Program-made: the position numbers and the translations under genes
The notes under the pieces: model-generated
What the model was told of the DNA's origin: nothing
Databases searched by the model: none
The model's input: the letters and a program-made list of their open reading frames with translations, nothing else
In this document: piece after piece, positions 58,423 to 64,000 of the stretch
Layout: every line of letters begins with the position of its first letter
Position numbering within the stretch: position 1 is the first letter of the stretch
Assembly (NCBI RefSeq): GCF_009914755.1
Contig: NC_060925.1
DNA length: 64,000 nucleotides
Source of the DNA: the human T2T-CHM13v2.0 reference genome, Homo sapiens
Strand: one strand, 5' to 3'

Positions 58423-59730
58423 CAAAATGAATCATAAACCTAAATGTAAAATGCTAAATTATAAAATTTTTAGAAAATAACAGGAGAACATCTAGGTGAC
58501 CTTGAGTTGGGTGATGACTTTTTAGATACCCTATCGAAGGCACAATCCATGAAAGAAATAATTGGTAACTTGGATTTCATTAAAATTAAAAACTTCTGTT
58601 CTGTGAAAGATACTGTCAAGAGAATGAGAAGACAGGCCACAAACTGGAAAAAAAATAGGCAAGGTTATTATCCAAAATAAGTAAAGAACTCTTAAAACCC
58701 AACAATAAGAAGATACCACAACCCAATTAACATATGGACAGATGATCTGAACAGGCACCTCACCAAAGAAAATATACAGATGGCAAATACATTTATACAA
58801 AGATGCTCCACATCGTATGTCATTGGGAAAACGCAAATTGAAATAACGAGATACCACTACACACCTATTAGAATTGCCAAAATCCAGAACGCTGAAAACA
58901 CCAATTGCTGGCAAGAATGTGGAGCCACAGAGATTCTCATTCATTGCCAGTGGGAATGCAAAATGGTTCAGCCACTTTGCAAGACGGTTTGGCAGTTTCT
59001 TACAAAACACTCTAACCATTCGATCCAGCAATCATCCTCATTGGCATTTACCCAAATTGAGTCGAAAACTTATGTTCACAAAAAAACCTGTACACGGATG
59101 TTTCTAGCAGCTTGTTCTTCATAATTGCCGAAACTTCAAAGCAACCAAGATGTCCTTTAGTAGGTGAATGTATAAACTGTGGTACACCCAGACAATGGAA
59201 TATTATTCAGCATTAAAAAGAAATGAGCCATTAAGCCACAAAAAGACAAGGAGGAACCTTACGTGCGTATTACTAAGTGAAAGAAGCCAATCTGAAAAAG
59301 CCACAGATTGTACGATTCCAATCATATGACATTCTGGAAAAGGCGAAACGATGGAGACAAATAGTTTTGCCTTTTCCAGATCAGTGGTTGCCAAGGGTTG
59401 GGAATAAATAGGCCCAGCACGGAGAAATTTTAGGGTAGTGAAACTGTATGACACTACAATAGTGAATACATGTCATTATACATTTGTCAAAACCATAGAA
59501 TGTACAACATCAACAGTGAACTCTAATGTAAACTACAGAGTGCAGGTGATAATGATATATCAGTGTCGGTTAATCGATTACAACAAATGTACCGCTCTGG
59601 TGGGGTTGGGGGTGGGGGGTTGATAATGGGGGCGGCTGTGGGCCGGGGAGAGGTTGCTGGGGAATTCAGTACTTTCCACTTAATTTTGCTGTGAACCAAA
59701 ACTGCTCTAAAAAATAAAATTGATTAAAAA
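58365..59730 (+). mobile_element. L1 3' portion (L1MC-like): ORF2 C-terminal remnant and 3' UTR, with (CA)n at 58379-58417
   Basis: ORF2 remnant RYHYTPIRIAKI...CWQECG...LIHCQWECKMVQPL; 3' end gaaccaaaactgctctaaaaaataaa. Confidence 0.88.
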
Positions 59731-61516
59731 GCAACCAAACAAACAACTCATTCAAGAATATTGAGCACTTTGAGAGTGGATTATCAGGGTGGGAACAGGG
59801 CAAAGCAGAAGCAAGGGGCCCAGTTTGAAGGTTACTGCAATTATTCAGGCAAGAGATTATGGTGACGTGGGTTTGCCTGCCAGCACTAGAGATGATGTGA
59901 AGTGGTTGCATCTGGGATGCATTTTGAAGCTATAATCAACAAAACTTGCTGATGGGTTTTGTCTGTGGGCATGCTGAAGGAAACAGAATATCAAGGATGA
60001 CTCCCATGCCATCTGCTGAGATGGGAAAGCCTGTGAAAAGAAGAGAGGAATCCAAAATGATCCCTGGGTTGTATTTACATACAATGTTTGTATTTGCTGA
60101 AGTCTCCAAAGGGAATGCAACTCTTTATGCAGTCTCTATGAAGATCACGAATCAGAGCATTTCCAACACAAATGCCTGTATAATCATTTGCCCTTGGCCT
60201 GTCCTTTTGTGCCATTGCGTTTTTGCATTATCACTGGTGGTATGAACATATCATTGAATCTGCAACATTAAAACATGATGATCAATTCCTGAGAATTTGG
60301 TGGAGCTGTCTCTCATTACTCAGAGTCTCTGCTACACTTTCCTAAATTTTCTGTAGTCCTACCACATTCTATTAATCTGCTCTAATTGAAATCAGACCAC
60401 TTCAGCCTCACATCTAGCAACTATCTGTGCATCCTTCAATGACATTCCCTTTTTATAGACTAGGAATTGCCTTGCAGGTACCATTCTCAAAGAGCAACCA
60501 AGAGGACTCTAACCAGTACATTTGCTATAGCTTCTTTGTGGTCACTGGGATTACCCATGTTTAATGTTCAGCTTTAAATTACCTAAAATGTTCCCAGTTA
60601 GAACTGCTTTGAAATTTAAAAAATCACTGGGCAGAAGCTAAGTTGTCATAATTATCTTTAAAATAGGGGCTCCTGCAGGAAGAAACAAAAGGCCTGAGGC
60701 AAGTAAGCGTGGACACTTTCCTGTGACACCTGGCCTGCTGTGCGCACATGAGCGATTGATGTCCTTCCCTTTCTATGATTATTTCCCTACAAAAAGCTGG
60801 CTGCAGTGTGAGGACATGCAAAGAGTTTCAATTGGATGAGAAAAAAAGTCTCTCTTAGATTTGAGACTGAACATGTGTGCTCCAACTTGTTCTATATCCT
60901 GGGTTGGCATATTGGGTACTTTTATACCCATAATTGAACTGGCATTTTGATCTGCATTATACTGTTCCTCTGGTATTTCACTGGTGGGAGGGTGAGTAGC
61001 AACACAGAATTTTAGGATTCCTGGTCTGTGGGCTTAAATGGGTCATCAAACACCTTAAACATTTTTACTTTAACACTTAACATGTTTCTTGAATGCAGAA
61101 ATTAAGACATGAAATCTAGGCTATGTCTCTGGTGACAACATAAATTTCCCCAATGTAAAGGTAAGGTGCCAAAAAGTAGGAAAATGAACTAGCTACTGAA
61201 CTGGAGCAAACAATCTTTATTTTTTTACACAGTGCTATTGTTAGTACTGGTGACTTACATGGTATGCTGTAAAGGCTAAAGAGAACCAAATAAAATTTCA
61301 TATAGCATCAATAACTCACAGTAAATTCAAGGGCTTATAATAATTTTTACAACAGATAGCAATGGGACAACTAGGAAATAAGTTTGTGAAAATCATCACA
61401 TATTGGAATTAACCTTGAATTACAATAGCTGCCTTGAATTCAATAGCTTTGAATCACAAAGGATATGGGGGGCTCCTAAATCATAAGTTCCCAAATAGAA
61501 AAGGGGTGCATCTCCC

Positions 61517-61880
61517 TGTCTTAGTCTCTTCAGACTTCTATAACAAAATACCATAAACCAGGTGGCTTATAAACAATAGACATTTATTTCTCACGGTTCT
61601 GGAGGCTGGGAAGTTCAAGATCAAGGCAGTGAAAGATTTTGTGTTGGGTGAGGGTCACTTTTCAGTTCATAGAAGGTTCCTTCTTGCTGTTTCCTCACAT
61701 GGTGGAAGGCATAATAGTTCTCTCTTGGCCTCTTCTGTAAGGGCACTAATCCCATTCAAGAGGAAAGAACCTTCATGACCTAATCACCTTCCAAAGATCT
61801 TAGCTCCTAATACCACCACCTTGGAGGTTAGGAATTCAACACATGAATTTGGGGAGGACACAAATGTTCAGACCAGAGCC
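61517..61880 (-). mobile_element. MaLR LTR (MLT1A/MST-like)
   Basis: ggtggcttataaacaatagacatttatttctcacggttctggaggctgggaagttcaagatc...ctcctaataccaccaccttgg. Confidence 0.85.
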
Positions 61881-62219
61881 CTCCCTTTACAGGACACACA
61901 TACAGAGAAAGGCCATAACACATACCTCGGTTTAGCAAAATCTCTGTAAAGAAGATTAATTTCAAAGATATACTCTGTTGCATTCAACTTGATTTCCAAA
62001 AAGAGAAAAAGATGTAGTGGTGTTAGAAAAGAGATTTTTACATAAAGTTCTTTTCTAGATTTCATATTTATTGCTAAGAGCCAAAATTTTATTTTCAGTG
62101 CTAGGGAAAAAAAATCTTTTAAAATAATTCCCATGCATCCTCGCATTCTTACTTAATCATATCCAAAACAACAGAGTCTTTCTTGATGATTTGAGGTCGT
62201 GATTATTTGAGGACAATGC

Positions 62220-62526
62220 TTATTTTTTATTATTTTTTTTTTTTTTGAGACAGAGTCTTGCTCTGTCGCCCAGGCTGGAGTGCAGTGGCGCCATCTCGGC
62301 TCACCGCAAGCTCCGCCTCCTAGGTTCACGCCATTCTCCTGCCTCAGCCTCCTAATTAGCTTTAGGATTACAGGATTAGGATTACAGGCTAATTTTTTTT
62401 GTATTTTTAGTAGAGACGGGGTTTCACCATGTTGGCCAAGATGGTCTCCATCTCCTGACCTCGTGATCCGCCTGCCTTGGCCTCCCAAAGTGCTGGGATG
62501 ACAGGCGTAAGCCACTGTGCCCGGCC
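62220..62526 (-). mobile_element. AluY-like with internal rearrangement
   Basis: Consensus in reverse with an altered segment at 62351-62390. Confidence 0.92.
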
Positions 62527-63385
62527 TATTTTGCTGTCTTTAAGACAGCAATGCCTATGAGGCTAGATGATCCCAACTCCTAATGCCTTTTGAGCTTTTA
62601 TGTGATTTTATGCCATTTTTAGTTCCTCTGCCTTATCCCAGTTAGCTGTCACTTTTTGCTGCTCTCAGCATCCTTGACTCCAGCGCATCTCATTATTCTC
62701 TAATTCGTTGCTTGGTTCTGATGTGGATCAGAAAACTATACAAATGCTCCTTTGCCACAGGGTCTCACATTTTAGCGAATGAACCGATCAAAGCACACGG
62801 TTAGAGTGTGAGAGTTTAAACAGCTACTTCGGTTAAGACTTTTTGAGTTTATTTCTTGGCTGAGTTTTGGATAGAATTAGACTTGAAGATATGAGAGGTA
62901 AGAAAAAGTCTCAAAACTGTAACAAATAAAATGTGGACAAGTTCTCATGATATATTTAGGAAAACTTATCAGTACATACATATCATAGAAGCCAATTAAA
63001 GGGGGTCAGAAGTAGATGACATCAAACATTTATCTGGAGTTCTAAGAAAGAGGATGGCATACTGAGAGCTAGAAATTTGTTCTGTGCTCCGAGGGGTGGG
63101 GAGAAAAGTTAACTGAGGTGAAGGGCAGCATTCTTGGGTTGCATCTCCCCAGATCCTGAGTGAACAATGATGCACTCTCTTGTCTACACCCAGATTCTTT
63201 TGGAAAAAGCCTGCCAGATTCATTGCTAATTTTGGTTTAGTTTCCCAAAAAGGATAAAGTGTCCAAGCCAGAACTCTCAGTTTCTCTCCCCTCCTACCTA
63301 TTCTTTTCTTGGTTTTCTGCCTTTCAGTGAGTGCCTCCAACCATCCATCAAGAGACTCAAGCCATCACCAAGGAGGCATCATTAA

Positions 63386-64000
<615 letters not shown>

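Noticed and set aside
58531-59623. ORFs of 60-166 aa
   Set aside because: Fragmented L1 ORF2 C-terminus and its antisense frames

Overview
Primate (most likely human) genomic DNA from the 3' half of RGS7 (regulator of G-protein signaling 7), which lies on the minus strand. Nine RGS7 coding exons can be read with exact GT-AG boundaries and consistent phases, from the DHEX/linker exon (PGCVNTTEVDIKK...) through the GGL and RGS domains to two C-terminal cassette exons. The common terminal exon (GKSLTSKRLTSLAQSY-type, recalled from memory) and the DEP-domain exons are not in the window. The introns contain about 30 Alu/FLAM/FAM elements, a MER11 solo LTR nested in an Alu, several MaLR LTRs (one carrying an 11 x 49 bp VNTR), an MLT2 LTR split by a riboflavin kinase (RFK) processed pseudogene, DNA-transposon relics, and L1/L2/MIR fragments. 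Most of the supplied ORFs are Alu/L1 noise. No prokaryotic-type system (CRISPR etc.) is present. The best leads are: (1) a candidate in-frame alternative last exon with AATAAA at about 49.3-49.7 kb that would give a DEP/DHEX-only RGS7; (2) a non-transposon ~95 bp inverted templated duplication with a 15 bp target-site duplication (18.8/20.6 kb); (3) the VNTR, which multiplies a DR2/DR3 nuclear-receptor-like motif 11 times; (4) an acceptor overlapping a consensus donor at the SGNSMDRR cassette exon; and (5) an apparent AT-to-GC substitution bias in the RFK retrocopy. Repeat family names come from recognising consensus sequences by eye, not from a search, and repeat boundaries are approximate.
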